From: a virus
Length of the DNA: 36,703 nt
IMG/VR virus record: IMGVR_UViG_3300028498_000027
Location: 1-36,703 of that record
Direction: 5' to 3' (one strand)
Below the pieces are notes generated by a model. The model did no database searches. It had not been told where the DNA came from and was given only the letters and a program-made list of their open reading frames with translations. Made by a program: the position numbers and the translations under genes. Shown one piece after another: positions 13,431-20,684 of the stretch (position 1 is its first letter; every line of letters begins with the position of its first letter).

Positions 13431-14031
13431 GGTTATCGGTTACACACCGCAAATGCTCGAATGGTTAGAGGTAAATCAAGCAGGTATCAGCAGACAGGAA
13501 TTGACCGATAAATTTAATAAGCAATTTGGTATGACAGTCAATGTCGGCTCAATCATAAACCTATGCGCTCGCAAAAAGTGGATAAGCGGATTAACTGGCC
13601 ACCTAAAGAAAGGCAGCACACCTTGGAATAAAGGCGTTACTGGCTATATGGGTGCAAATACTACTTCATTCAAGAAAGGCGTAAAGACACATAATCATAA
13701 GCCGGTTGGTAGCACAAGAATATGTAGCAAGGACGGTTATGTTTTGGTCAAAGTGGCAGAGCCTAAACAATGGAAAGGCAAGCATCTAGTGGTTTGGGAG
13801 TCGGTCAACGGCAAATTACCTAAAGGCCATTGCATACGGTTTTTAGACAATGACCGGACTAATTGCAGTATTGATAACCTGATTTGTATTAGCAGGGCGG
13901 TACATGCCAGGGTTAATCATAAACACAAGGCCGATACTAATAGCGCCGATCTAAACCACGCAATCATACTTACTGAGCAGCTAAAGCATACCGTTAAAAA
14001 TATAGACAGATATAGGAGTGACGCACTATGA
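13423..14031 (+). CDS. HNH homing-type endonuclease
   Basis: ATG at 13423. The C-terminal GYVLVK...HLVVWESVNGKLPKGHCIRFLDNDRTNCSIDNLICI matches the HNH_3 pattern. Confidence 0.8.
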   Translation: MAKVIGYTPQMLEWLEVNQAGISRQELTDKFNKQFGMTVNVGSIINLCARKKWISGLTGHLKKGSTPWNKGVTGYMGANTTSFKKGVKTHNHKPVGSTRICSKDGYVLVKVAEPKQWKGKHLVVWESVNGKLPKGHCIRFLDNDRTNCSIDNLICISRAVHARVNHKHKADTNSADLNHAIILTEQLKHTVKNIDRYRSDAL

Positions 14032-14237
14032 CCCAAAAACTAAACTGGACACCAAACGATGTGGCGAACACTGACAGTCACAGCTATCGAATAAGCGAGA
14101 TAGGTCACACGATACAAGTTATCTACAGCAAGTTACCGGACGGCGTTGCAATGAAGTCTTGCTATTTAGAGAGCAAGCAAGAAGCTAAGCAGTGGGCGCA
14201 AAACTATCATAATAAATATGGGGCAGATGATGAATAA
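14028..14237 (+). CDS. Hypothetical protein, paralogous to the N-terminal half of the next gene
   Basis: 69 aa. LNWTPND...SYRISE...SKQEAKQWAQNYHNK parallels LVWTTESD...YYDIIRE...SFDEAKEWCWNHYNEK in the 14218..14676 product. Confidence 0.55.
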   Translation: MTQKLNWTPNDVANTDSHSYRISEIGHTIQVIYSKLPDGVAMKSCYLESKQEAKQWAQNYHNKYGADDE

Positions 14238-14676
14238 TTTACCGTTACAGCCGTTGGTTTGGACGACAGAAAGCGATACACCATCAGCAAAAAGCCCATT
14301 GCACTACTACGATATTATTAGAGAGTATTCTTGTGGCGAATCTTGCTTTGTTAGATACCAAAAAGTAGAGGCAGGGCGCAATATAAAACAAGCAACTGGA
14401 TTCTCGTCTTTTGACGAGGCTAAAGAATGGTGCTGGAATCACTACAACGAGAAAATGCAGCCGTATGTTAAGCCGATGCCTACTTGGATTGATGCGAGCG
14501 AGCGGTTGCCTGAAAGCGAGTGTTTTTATTTAGTGCGCTTATTTGATGGCCATCGCGACGAACATGTATTTGTGATTTTGTGGTGGAACTCGGAGCATCA
14601 GCAATTCTTAGAGTGGGATGCCATGTGTGAGCCGACACACTGGATGCCGATACCTGAATTTAAACAAGGAGAGTGA
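14218..14676 (+). CDS. DUF551-domain protein
   Basis: The C-terminal WIDASERLPESE...THWMPIPEF matches the DUF551 pattern common in lambdoid early-left regions. The exact start is uncertain (14218, 14227 or 14230). Confidence 0.7.
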   Translation: MGQMMNNLPLQPLVWTTESDTPSAKSPLHYYDIIREYSCGESCFVRYQKVEAGRNIKQATGFSSFDEAKEWCWNHYNEKMQPYVKPMPTWIDASERLPESECFYLVRLFDGHRDEHVFVILWWNSEHQQFLEWDAMCEPTHWMPIPEFKQGE

Positions 14677-14677
14677 T

Positions 14678-14803
14678 GTGGGTGAGCGAGATGAAAAAAT
14701 GGCGCTATGGATGCTATTCACACTTCAAGAGTTTAGTGCTGCTGAAATTGACACGCTCATAAAAGCGCTACAAGTAAAATTAAGCGAGGTGAATGATGAT
14801 TGA
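14678..14803 (+). CDS. Hypothetical small protein
   Basis: GTG at 14678 lies 6 nt after AAGGAGAG. ATG at 14699 is an alternative start. About 34-41 aa, so weak evidence. Confidence 0.3.
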   Translation: MGERDEKMALWMLFTLQEFSAAEIDTLIKALQVKLSEVNDD

Positions 14804-15011
14804 ACAAAACGAAGGTATTGAGAAACTAAATCCTGATGGATTTACCGCATTGGCTAATGTTGCAAAATTGTATGATGTGAGCACATCGACACTAAGGCGA
14901 TACTGGGATAAAGGAGAGTTTCCAAAGCCGATTATCTTATTCAGTAAGAATTATTTTAGGAATATCGACTTGCTGGAATTTAACGAAAGTTTAAACAATG
15001 AACCCGCTTAA
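14793..15011 (+). CDS. xis: AlpA/Xis-type excisionase or DNA-binding protein
   Basis: 72 aa. ALANVAKLYDVSTSTLRRYWDKGEFPKPI matches the AlpA/excisionase HTH pattern (..STIYR....G.FP.P). It lies immediately upstream of int. Confidence 0.7.
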   Translation: MMIEQNEGIEKLNPDGFTALANVAKLYDVSTSTLRRYWDKGEFPKPIILFSKNYFRNIDLLEFNESLNNEPA

Positions 15012-15023
15012 TGCGGGTTTTTT
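15001..15023 (+). terminator. Intrinsic terminator overlapping the xis stop codon
   Basis: 7-bp stem AACCCGC-TTAAT-GCGGGTT followed by TTTT. Confidence 0.75.
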
Positions 15024-15033
15024 ATTATCTAGT

Positions 15034-15054
15034 GGTAATCAAAAAGGTAATCAA
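15034..15054 (+). repeat. Direct repeat pair GGTAATCAA x2 (period 12)
   Basis: GGTAATCAA at 15034..15042 and 15046..15054. The same 9-mer pair recurs at 15247..15266. Confidence 0.9.
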
Positions 15055-15246
15055 AATAGGTTTTTATAGTCTTAATGCTATATTTATCAGTATCTTACAG
15101 GCAAAAAAAAGCGACTCCATCAGTCAGCATATTTGATATAACATGAAACAGCCTGCTATACCTTGCATCACTTGTTAATTATAGCCTTTTTTGTCGCTTA
15201 CTATTGCATACCATTTCAAGCTATTGCAATATATGTCAAATCAAAT

Positions 15247-15266
15247 GGTAATCAACTGGTAATCAA
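15247..15266 (+). repeat. Direct repeat pair GGTAATCAA x2 (period 11), abutting the int start codon
   Basis: GGTAATCAA at 15247..15255 and 15258..15266. The next base starts the GTG of int. Confidence 0.9.
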
Positions 15267-16550
15267 GTGGCTAACAACAAATTAAAAGAGCTTGGCATCA
15301 AGACCGACTCACAAATCAAACAAGCTATCAAAGACCATGGCAGCGGTGATGAAGTTTATGCCATTCAGGGTTATAAAGGATTGAACCTTTACATTCGTGA
15401 TAATAAGACTACTACATTTAGGCATCGTTTTACTAGCCCTGATAATGGCAAACGTCGTAACTTCACTTTGGGTGCTTATCCAGTGTTCACACTTGAGCAA
15501 GCGCGTGATATGTACCGTGACAACCTATCAATGTTAAGCAGAGGCGTCGATCCAGTCACCTACTACGAGCAATTAGCAAACAAAGCCGCTGCCATGCCTA
15601 CATTCTCTCAGATGGCCAGTGAATGGTTACAAGGTCAGATAGCATCAGGTCAATTTGAGAAACGCACTATCGAGCAAAAGCGCAAGCATATTGACTATGC
15701 GTGTGAGCACATCGGGCGCATGAGCCTGGACAAGATAGGAACGCCTGACGTATTAAAGGCCATTAAGCATATCGAGCGTGAGACGATACCAACAGCTAAA
15801 CGTGTGCGCGGTGTCTGTCAAAAGATATTCGCCCTTGCTATTGGTCAAGGTTATATAGCAAGCAATCCGGCTATAGCTGTCGCTGACTTAATGCTGCCAA
15901 AGCCAAAAACCAAACATCATAGCGCGATTATTGAGCCAGTGGCTTTTGGTCAACTGCTACGTGATATTGATAATGTGACGGACTTTTACGGCCATGCTCA
16001 AAACATACTAAAACTGCAGTCGATGCTATTTCAGCGTAACGGTGATATGTGCTCGATGCGTTGGGATTGTATCGACTTTAACGATGCTACGTGGTCGTTT
16101 AATCCGCTCAAAACAGGCAATAGAACCGACATGGTGAGCAGTTTGATAGTGCCATTGCCAAGACAGGCTATCGAGCTGCTACGAGCCGTACAAGAGCAAA
16201 CAGGCGATACTGACTATGTGTTCTATAACTCACGACGCAAAGATAAATTTGAGCATCAGCAACAGCTTAACAAGTTTTTGAACCGCATTGGCTATGAGGG
16301 TATTCATATGCCGCATGGTTTTCGTGCGTCTGCTCGAACCATGCTTGTTGAACAGTTGGGAATATCCGAACAGTTGATAGAATTGCAATTAGGCCATAAC
16401 GTGCGTGATGCTAACGGTCGTGCTTATAATCGTGTGCAGCTTATTTCTGAGCGCAGGGACATGATGCAAAAATGGGCTGACTATTTAGACCAACTGTCCG
16501 GTATTCCCGAACAGTTCGTTTGTCTCTCAAAAATACATGATATTGAATAA
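15267..16550 (+). CDS. int: Tyrosine integrase, P4-type (DUF4102 arm-binding N-terminus)
   Basis: 427 aa. The N-terminal KGLNLYIRDNKTTTFRHRF...RRNFTLGAYPVFTLEQARD matches the P4-integrase N-domain pattern. Catalytic-region motifs HGFRASARTML and LGHNVRDANGRAYNR are present. It has a GTG start with no obvious SD. Confidence 0.92.
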   Translation: MANNKLKELGIKTDSQIKQAIKDHGSGDEVYAIQGYKGLNLYIRDNKTTTFRHRFTSPDNGKRRNFTLGAYPVFTLEQARDMYRDNLSMLSRGVDPVTYYEQLANKAAAMPTFSQMASEWLQGQIASGQFEKRTIEQKRKHIDYACEHIGRMSLDKIGTPDVLKAIKHIERETIPTAKRVRGVCQKIFALAIGQGYIASNPAIAVADLMLPKPKTKHHSAIIEPVAFGQLLRDIDNVTDFYGHAQNILKLQSMLFQRNGDMCSMRWDCIDFNDATWSFNPLKTGNRTDMVSSLIVPLPRQAIELLRAVQEQTGDTDYVFYNSRRKDKFEHQQQLNKFLNRIGYEGIHMPHGFRASARTMLVEQLGISEQLIELQLGHNVRDANGRAYNRVQLISERRDMMQKWADYLDQLSGIPEQFVCLSKIHDIE

Positions 16551-16581
16551 CAAAGCGCTTAGCTTCTCAAAACCTAGACAC

Positions 16582-16620
16582 AAAAAAAGCCCCGCCAAAT
16601 TAATGACGGGGCTTATTGTT
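16582..16620. terminator. Bidirectional intrinsic terminator between int and the tRNA-like element
   Basis: 7-bp stem AGCCCCG-(12-nt loop)-CGGGGCT, flanked by A7 upstream and TTATTGTTT downstream. On the minus strand it is followed by U7. Confidence 0.8.
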
Positions 16621-16694
16621 TGGACGGGCGGTAGGAATTGAACCTACATTAGGCTGGTGTTCCTCCAGCTGTTCTACCAATGAACCACAACCCG
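16621..16694 (-). tRNA. Degenerate tRNA-like element, probable attP core derived from a host tRNA gene; not a canonical tRNA
   Basis: The minus strand reads CGGGTTG TG GTTC ATTGGTA GAAC A GCTGG AGGAACA CCAGC CTAAT GTAGG TTCAATT CCTAC CGCCCG T CCA. The D arm, anticodon stem, variable loop and T arm are canonical. The anticodon loop has G33 and C37 (positions 34-36 read GAA). The 3' acceptor strand is 1 nt short, and only 4 of 7 acceptor pairs form. Confidence 0.4.
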
Positions 16695-16729
16695 AACTTC
16701 TATTATAACAGCTAAACGTAGCTAAGTGC

Positions 16730-17224
16730 TTAATTATCTCTAGCAGCCCATCTTAGATTGCCAACAATACGACGTGACCAACCGCGCCCAAATGTGGCCC
16801 ATGTGCCTAAGCGTGTGTAAAAGTCCAAACGCTCAGCATTAAACAGTAGAATAATATCGTTCTGATCCATTGCTTTGACTGCTGCTAATGTTTTGGGTCC
16901 AATCAAACCATCATCATTCGCACCGATAGCCCGTTGCAGAAACTTAACAGCGTTACGGTTGCCGTGATTATATGCTGCATCAACTACCTGCCAAGCAACA
17001 GCACGCGGTAACTCGTCACCCTTTACAGCTTGCCAATACGATTTGTCTGCAATCGCTTGAGCTGTGGCTTTTGGCAGATTTCGCATACTGCCAGTATAAC
17101 CATACTGACGAGCAACACGTTTTGTCACGCCCCACATTGTCTCACCGCCAGGGTCGCTTGGATGATTGACGTAACCGCCCTCGTGCTCCATTAGTCGATT
17201 GAATAGGCTTTCAAAAATACTCAT
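16730..17224 (-). CDS. Endolysin, GH108 N-acetylmuramidase with a PG_binding_3 domain
   Basis: The N-terminal EHEGGYVNHPSDPGGETMWGVT matches the GH108 signature. The C-terminal half (DGLIGPKTLAAV...) matches the peptidoglycan-binding domain. It is the last gene of the late operon. Confidence 0.88.
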   Translation of the reverse strand: MSIFESLFNRLMEHEGGYVNHPSDPGGETMWGVTKRVARQYGYTGSMRNLPKATAQAIADKSYWQAVKGDELPRAVAWQVVDAAYNHGNRNAVKFLQRAIGANDDGLIGPKTLAAVKAMDQNDIILLFNAERLDFYTRLGTWATFGRGWSRRIVGNLRWAARDN

Positions 17225-17234
17225 ATTTCACCCC

Positions 17235-17257
17235 AAAAAAGCCCTAATTAAAGGGCT
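17235..17257 (-). terminator. Intrinsic terminator immediately upstream of the endolysin gene
   Basis: The minus-strand RNA reads AGCCCU-UUAAUU-AGGGCU followed by UUUUU, about 10 nt before the endolysin SD. Confidence 0.65.
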
Positions 17258-17273
17258 GTGTTTAATATACTTG

Positions 17274-17462
17274 CTAGAGCTTTGGTTGTTTAATTATGCG
17301 ACCTAAAAAGCCTGTCACTAATACGACAAAGCCCATGTACTCAGGCGGTATTAGATTACTATCTGTAGCTGCACCGATTAATGCTAATGCAAAGACAGCG
17401 ACAGTCGGCAAGATAACTGCTAGTGACTTATACATTTTTTGCCAGTTATTAATTAATTTCAT
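17274..17462 (-). CDS. Small two-TMD membrane protein (class II holin-like)
   Basis: 62 aa with two hydrophobic helices (LAVILPTVAVFALALIGAA and GFVVLVTGFLGRII) and a basic C-terminus. It is adjacent to the endolysin gene. Confidence 0.6.
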   Translation of the reverse strand: MKLINNWQKMYKSLAVILPTVAVFALALIGAATDSNLIPPEYMGFVVLVTGFLGRIIKQPKL

Positions 17463-17819
17463 TTACTTATCTCCAGTATCGTTGCATTTCGGTTTTTTAC
17501 GGACTTGCATATATGCGCTGTACCTTGTGATTAGCAGTAGCGCCAACACCCACATTACAAACCCTAAAAACCTTGCGAGCGTGTAACCCCAATGACCTTG
17601 ATAACCTAATGTGTGCAATGGAGGGTACGAGGTAATAGCTGATAATGCTAGAAAGCCATATATCGCCCAACTGAGCGCACCTGCACAAACCACGGCTAGC
17701 TCAAGTATTGGCGTATAGACTCCATCATCAACAACTCTCATGCGTGTGAGCATGACGAACAAACCCAAGATGACAGCGCATAGCGCCATCGTTAAATCAA
17801 GATAGATTGGCGCTATCAT
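17463..17819 (-). CDS. Three-TMD membrane protein (holin/antiholin-like)
   Basis: The preferred start is ATG at 17819 (AAGGAGA SD, 5-nt spacing). The track start is 17864. Three hydrophobic segments and a charged C-terminus (RKKPKCNDTGDK). Confidence 0.55.
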   Translation of the reverse strand: MIAPIYLDLTMALCAVILGLFVMLTRMRVVDDGVYTPILELAVVCAGALSWAIYGFLALSAITSYPPLHTLGYQGHWGYTLARFLGFVMWVLALLLITRYSAYMQVRKKPKCNDTGDK

Positions 17820-18315
17820 CGCTGTCTCCTTTTTTGTAAGCTGTGTCAATTTGAAAGTCGTCATCTACTGACGTGTCCAGTCCAGTGCGATTGCGTACCG
17901 CCTGATTGAGTGTTTTGTTGATGCGTTTTTGATTGCTAATCCACACCATTGTGCCTGCAACCAGTGGCGCACTAAATAGACCTGCTAACAGTGCAAATAA
18001 TGGCAACGCACCAGATTGCGCTTCGCTAAACGTATTGACAGCCAAACTTAACGCCACACCCATAAACACACCAATTAATGCTTTTGCTAGGCTTGGATAA
18101 TAAAAACTCTTATCAATCTCTGGGATTTTGACAAAAGCTGCACACAAGCCACCTGCTGTTGAAAAAACCCAAACACCCGTCCAGCTAAGCAAAAAAGGCG
18201 CGGGTAAAACCCCTGCATCAATGATGCGGTCAGCAGCCCATGCGCTAATTGGGTACGATGCAGCTAGAGCAGCTATGCAAGCCCACCATAGCTGCCAAAA
18301 CTTAATTTTAAGCAT
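17797..18315 (-). CDS. Multi-pass membrane protein (holin-like)
   Basis: 172 aa. It has a signal-peptide-like N-terminus ending AWA-AD, three further hydrophobic helices and a long charged C-terminal tail. It is the first gene after the tailspike terminator. Confidence 0.55.
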   Translation of the reverse strand: MLKIKFWQLWWACIAALAASYPISAWAADRIIDAGVLPAPFLLSWTGVWVFSTAGGLCAAFVKIPEIDKSFYYPSLAKALIGVFMGVALSLAVNTFSEAQSGALPLFALLAGLFSAPLVAGTMVWISNQKRINKTLNQAVRNRTGLDTSVDDDFQIDTAYKKGDSDDSANLS

Positions 18316-18340
18316 CTAGACCCCTCAAAATTTAGATAAT

Positions 18341-18362
18341 AAAAAACCCCAATTAATGGGTT
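18341..18362 (-). terminator. Intrinsic terminator overlapping the tailspike stop codon
   Basis: The minus-strand RNA reads AACCC-AUUAAUU-GGGUU followed by UUUUAUU. The stem is short. Confidence 0.5.
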
Positions 18363-20379
18363 AGGCTAGCGTTAGAATTGCTTTTCTCACGACACCATCT
18401 GTACCTTGTAGACGGATAGATACACTTGTATTACTCTCCGTGGTCAGTACAAGTTCGCCATTTGTGGTGGGGTTTTGATTGATACCATAACTACTAATTT
18501 TTCGACTGTGTACGGCTGCATAGCGTTTGGTTGCATAACCTAAATTCATAGTTAAATCTGTTGACGGGAATAGGTTGCCGTAATGCTCTATATCACCAGT
18601 CGTTGCAGATACCCAAAATATACGCTGAGTTGTGCCTGTGCTGTCGCGCCTCGATATAATCGGGTTTTTAGTGGGGTCAAAAAATACCAGCTCTCCGCTA
18701 TTCGTAAACACATAAGTAACTTGGTTTTTATAATCAGCAATAGCGTAGTAGTCATTAGCACGTCTTAATCGCCTGCCTGTATAGCTCGCATAACGCACAT
18801 CATCATAGTTCTCATCCATGACCAAGCTAGTTGTGGCACACACCCCGTCTGCTGAGGCGTAGCGACTAACAGCAGATTCACGAGCCATGTTTGGGCTTGT
18901 GTCAACACCATATTTTTCATTTGCATAAAAGTTTATATTACTGTCTGCAAAAGTAACGAGCCTTGAGCCTGTGCTAGTCTCAATCCAAGCGGTATTGACC
19001 TTGATTTGTTTAGATTCTTCATAGCAGTTAACAAAGTTAATATCACTACACTTACCCGCTATGATGTTTATATCTTGGCGGGTTATAAGCGTACAAGCAT
19101 TAAAGTTAATACCTCGAACCACTTTGCCACTTATCTCTATAGCACCTGATGGTCTGTCGCTATAGTTTGTCAGATTAGATGACGTTGCTAAGTAGGCGTT
19201 TTGCTCAATACCTCTGATATAACATTTATCAAACGTTGTACCCCCAAAACCATAGTTGGCAGTGGTTGTAATAACTTCTTGACAGCGTATAGATACCCCA
19301 AATTGACCACTGAAGCCACATTCACTAAAACGTAGCAGCTCACTACTTGGGATAGCTGTATCACCTGCAAAGCTATGCGCTGTGACCAACACACCTGCTT
19401 TGGCAAAGTGACCGAAAGCCCACACGCGACTAATCAAAGCCGAGTTAGCATTACGGCAAAGCAAACCCACGTCCCAGCCTTTTGCTAGTGTGTTGCTGCT
19501 GCTATTGGTGTACCCCGCAACACCATCATTATCAACTGTGATAAAGACATTGCTTAACTGACTAGCTTCCAATACCTCCACGCACACACTAAAGTTTTCA
19601 GCGTAGTTGTTTAGCTTGTAGACATCACCACGCGTTCCACTATCTGCTAGATACGCTTCACCAATGCTCGGGTTTGCAACTTGATAAACCGTATCAGTAA
19701 CGCCCTCCATAATATAGTCTTTAGAACCTGCACCCATAAATAGGAACGTAACAGGGTGATCGTAAAAATAACCAATACCTGCACCATTAAGTTTTACGTT
19801 TTTGGGGACTTTTAAAGTGTCGCTAATACAGTAAACACCCTCCGGCACGTAAATATTTTTAGCGCCACTTAGTAATGCGTTTTTGAGTGCTTGAGTGTCA
19901 TCTGTAGCGCCATCGCCTTTTGCACCAAAATCCTTAACTGATACGGTGTCACTGTTCTTTTCTGCTTGGGTTCTTGCGACACCGCTAAGTTTGGCGGTTG
20001 CTGTAATACCTGTGTCTAGTTTTACTTTGTTTAACTCGGTATTGGTGGTTACTAGGTCGCTTTCCACCGCGCTAACTTTATTTGTCAACTCTGTCGCATC
20101 ACCCTGACTAGCCGCTTGCGTCACATTGTCTTGTTCTTCAATAAACCGACCTGATTTGTCAAACACACGTATGCGATACGCGCCATTTAAAAATATATCC
20201 GCGCTGCCTGTATCGTCCAAAATAACAGGGTTGGTGTTTGGTACAGTTAGATCTGCATCGCTGTAGCTGTCTTGATTGGTGCTTGTACCTGCAAAATACG
20301 TGTAAACCTGTCCGCCAACCAACGGCGAACCTAAATCATTGGTAAATCGTGTCTTAATGCCTAAAAGTTGTGACGCCAT
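18361..20379 (-). CDS. Tailspike / receptor-binding depolymerase (pectate-lyase-3-type beta-helix)
   Basis: 672 aa. VSVKDFGAKGDGATDDTQALKNAL is the hallmark motif of the pectate lyase superfamily domain found in phage tailspikes. It lies downstream of the ejection proteins, as in P22-like phages. Confidence 0.85.
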   Translation of the reverse strand: MASQLLGIKTRFTNDLGSPLVGGQVYTYFAGTSTNQDSYSDADLTVPNTNPVILDDTGSADIFLNGAYRIRVFDKSGRFIEEQDNVTQAASQGDATELTNKVSAVESDLVTTNTELNKVKLDTGITATAKLSGVARTQAEKNSDTVSVKDFGAKGDGATDDTQALKNALLSGAKNIYVPEGVYCISDTLKVPKNVKLNGAGIGYFYDHPVTFLFMGAGSKDYIMEGVTDTVYQVANPSIGEAYLADSGTRGDVYKLNNYAENFSVCVEVLEASQLSNVFITVDNDGVAGYTNSSSNTLAKGWDVGLLCRNANSALISRVWAFGHFAKAGVLVTAHSFAGDTAIPSSELLRFSECGFSGQFGVSIRCQEVITTTANYGFGGTTFDKCYIRGIEQNAYLATSSNLTNYSDRPSGAIEISGKVVRGINFNACTLITRQDINIIAGKCSDINFVNCYEESKQIKVNTAWIETSTGSRLVTFADSNINFYANEKYGVDTSPNMARESAVSRYASADGVCATTSLVMDENYDDVRYASYTGRRLRRANDYYAIADYKNQVTYVFTNSGELVFFDPTKNPIISRRDSTGTTQRIFWVSATTGDIEHYGNLFPSTDLTMNLGYATKRYAAVHSRKISSYGINQNPTTNGELVLTTESNTSVSIRLQGTDGVVRKAILTLA

Positions 20380-20396
20380 ACATTTTCTCCAGACGT

Positions 20397-20418
20397 AAAA
20401 AAACCACCCGAAGGTGGC
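20397..20418 (-). terminator. Intrinsic terminator just upstream of the tailspike gene
   Basis: The minus-strand RNA reads (G)CCACC-UUCG-GGUGG(U) followed by U7, then the GGAGA SD and the ATG of the tailspike. Confidence 0.6.
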
Positions 20419-20456
20419 TTATGCTATGATTGATAAAAATCGATTAAGGGTTGATT

Positions 20457-20684
20457 ATGCGTAAAGTATTAATGATTTGTTTGGCTGTGGCGTTATCGGC
20501 TTGTAGTGATCCAAATAGCGAGCCTAAGTATGGCGCAGAATCACACCTACCTGCCAACTGCCGCGCCTACGTGCAAGAAAGCATCGACGGTTGGCGTAGT
20601 GGCGCATACGATACTGATGACACTATGGATGCGCTAGAAAGAAACTGCGGATTGGTTGGCGAATTATGGGATTACAAGCCTTAA
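20457..20684 (+). CDS. Small lipoprotein, reverse-oriented moron (candidate superinfection-exclusion or receptor-masking protein)
   Basis: ATG at 20457 (AAGGG SD). MRKVLMICLAVALSAC is a signal peptide with the lipobox LSAC. The mature part is about 59 aa with two further Cys. It is the only plus-strand gene inside the late region. Its stop overlaps the stop of the convergent ejection-protein gene (TTAA). Confidence 0.75.
   Translation: MRKVLMICLAVALSACSDPNSEPKYGAESHLPANCRAYVQESIDGWRSGAYDTDDTMDALERNCGLVGELWDYKP

Noticed and set aside
16621-16694. Calling this a functional phage-encoded tRNA-Phe (anticodon positions read GAA).
   Set aside because: G33 and C37 violate near-universal anticodon-loop rules. 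The acceptor stem is mostly unpaired in the canonical register and the 3' strand is 1 nt short. It is kept only as a tRNA-like att element.
17463-17819. A GtrA-like O-antigen conversion flippase, since P22/Sf6-like phages carry gtr or oac genes between the tailspike and attP.
   Set aside because: No GtrB/GtrC-like partners or acyltransferase are present, the sequence lacks the GtrA pattern as I recall it, and it sits within a lysis cassette next to the endolysin gene.
20421-20456. A promoter for the lipoprotein gene (TTGATA ... GATTAT, or an extended -10-like TGATAAAAAT).
   Set aside because: The TTGATA/GATTAT pair would place the transcription start inside the coding region, and the extended -10-like element has no T at the last hexamer position. 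The promoter remains unidentified.
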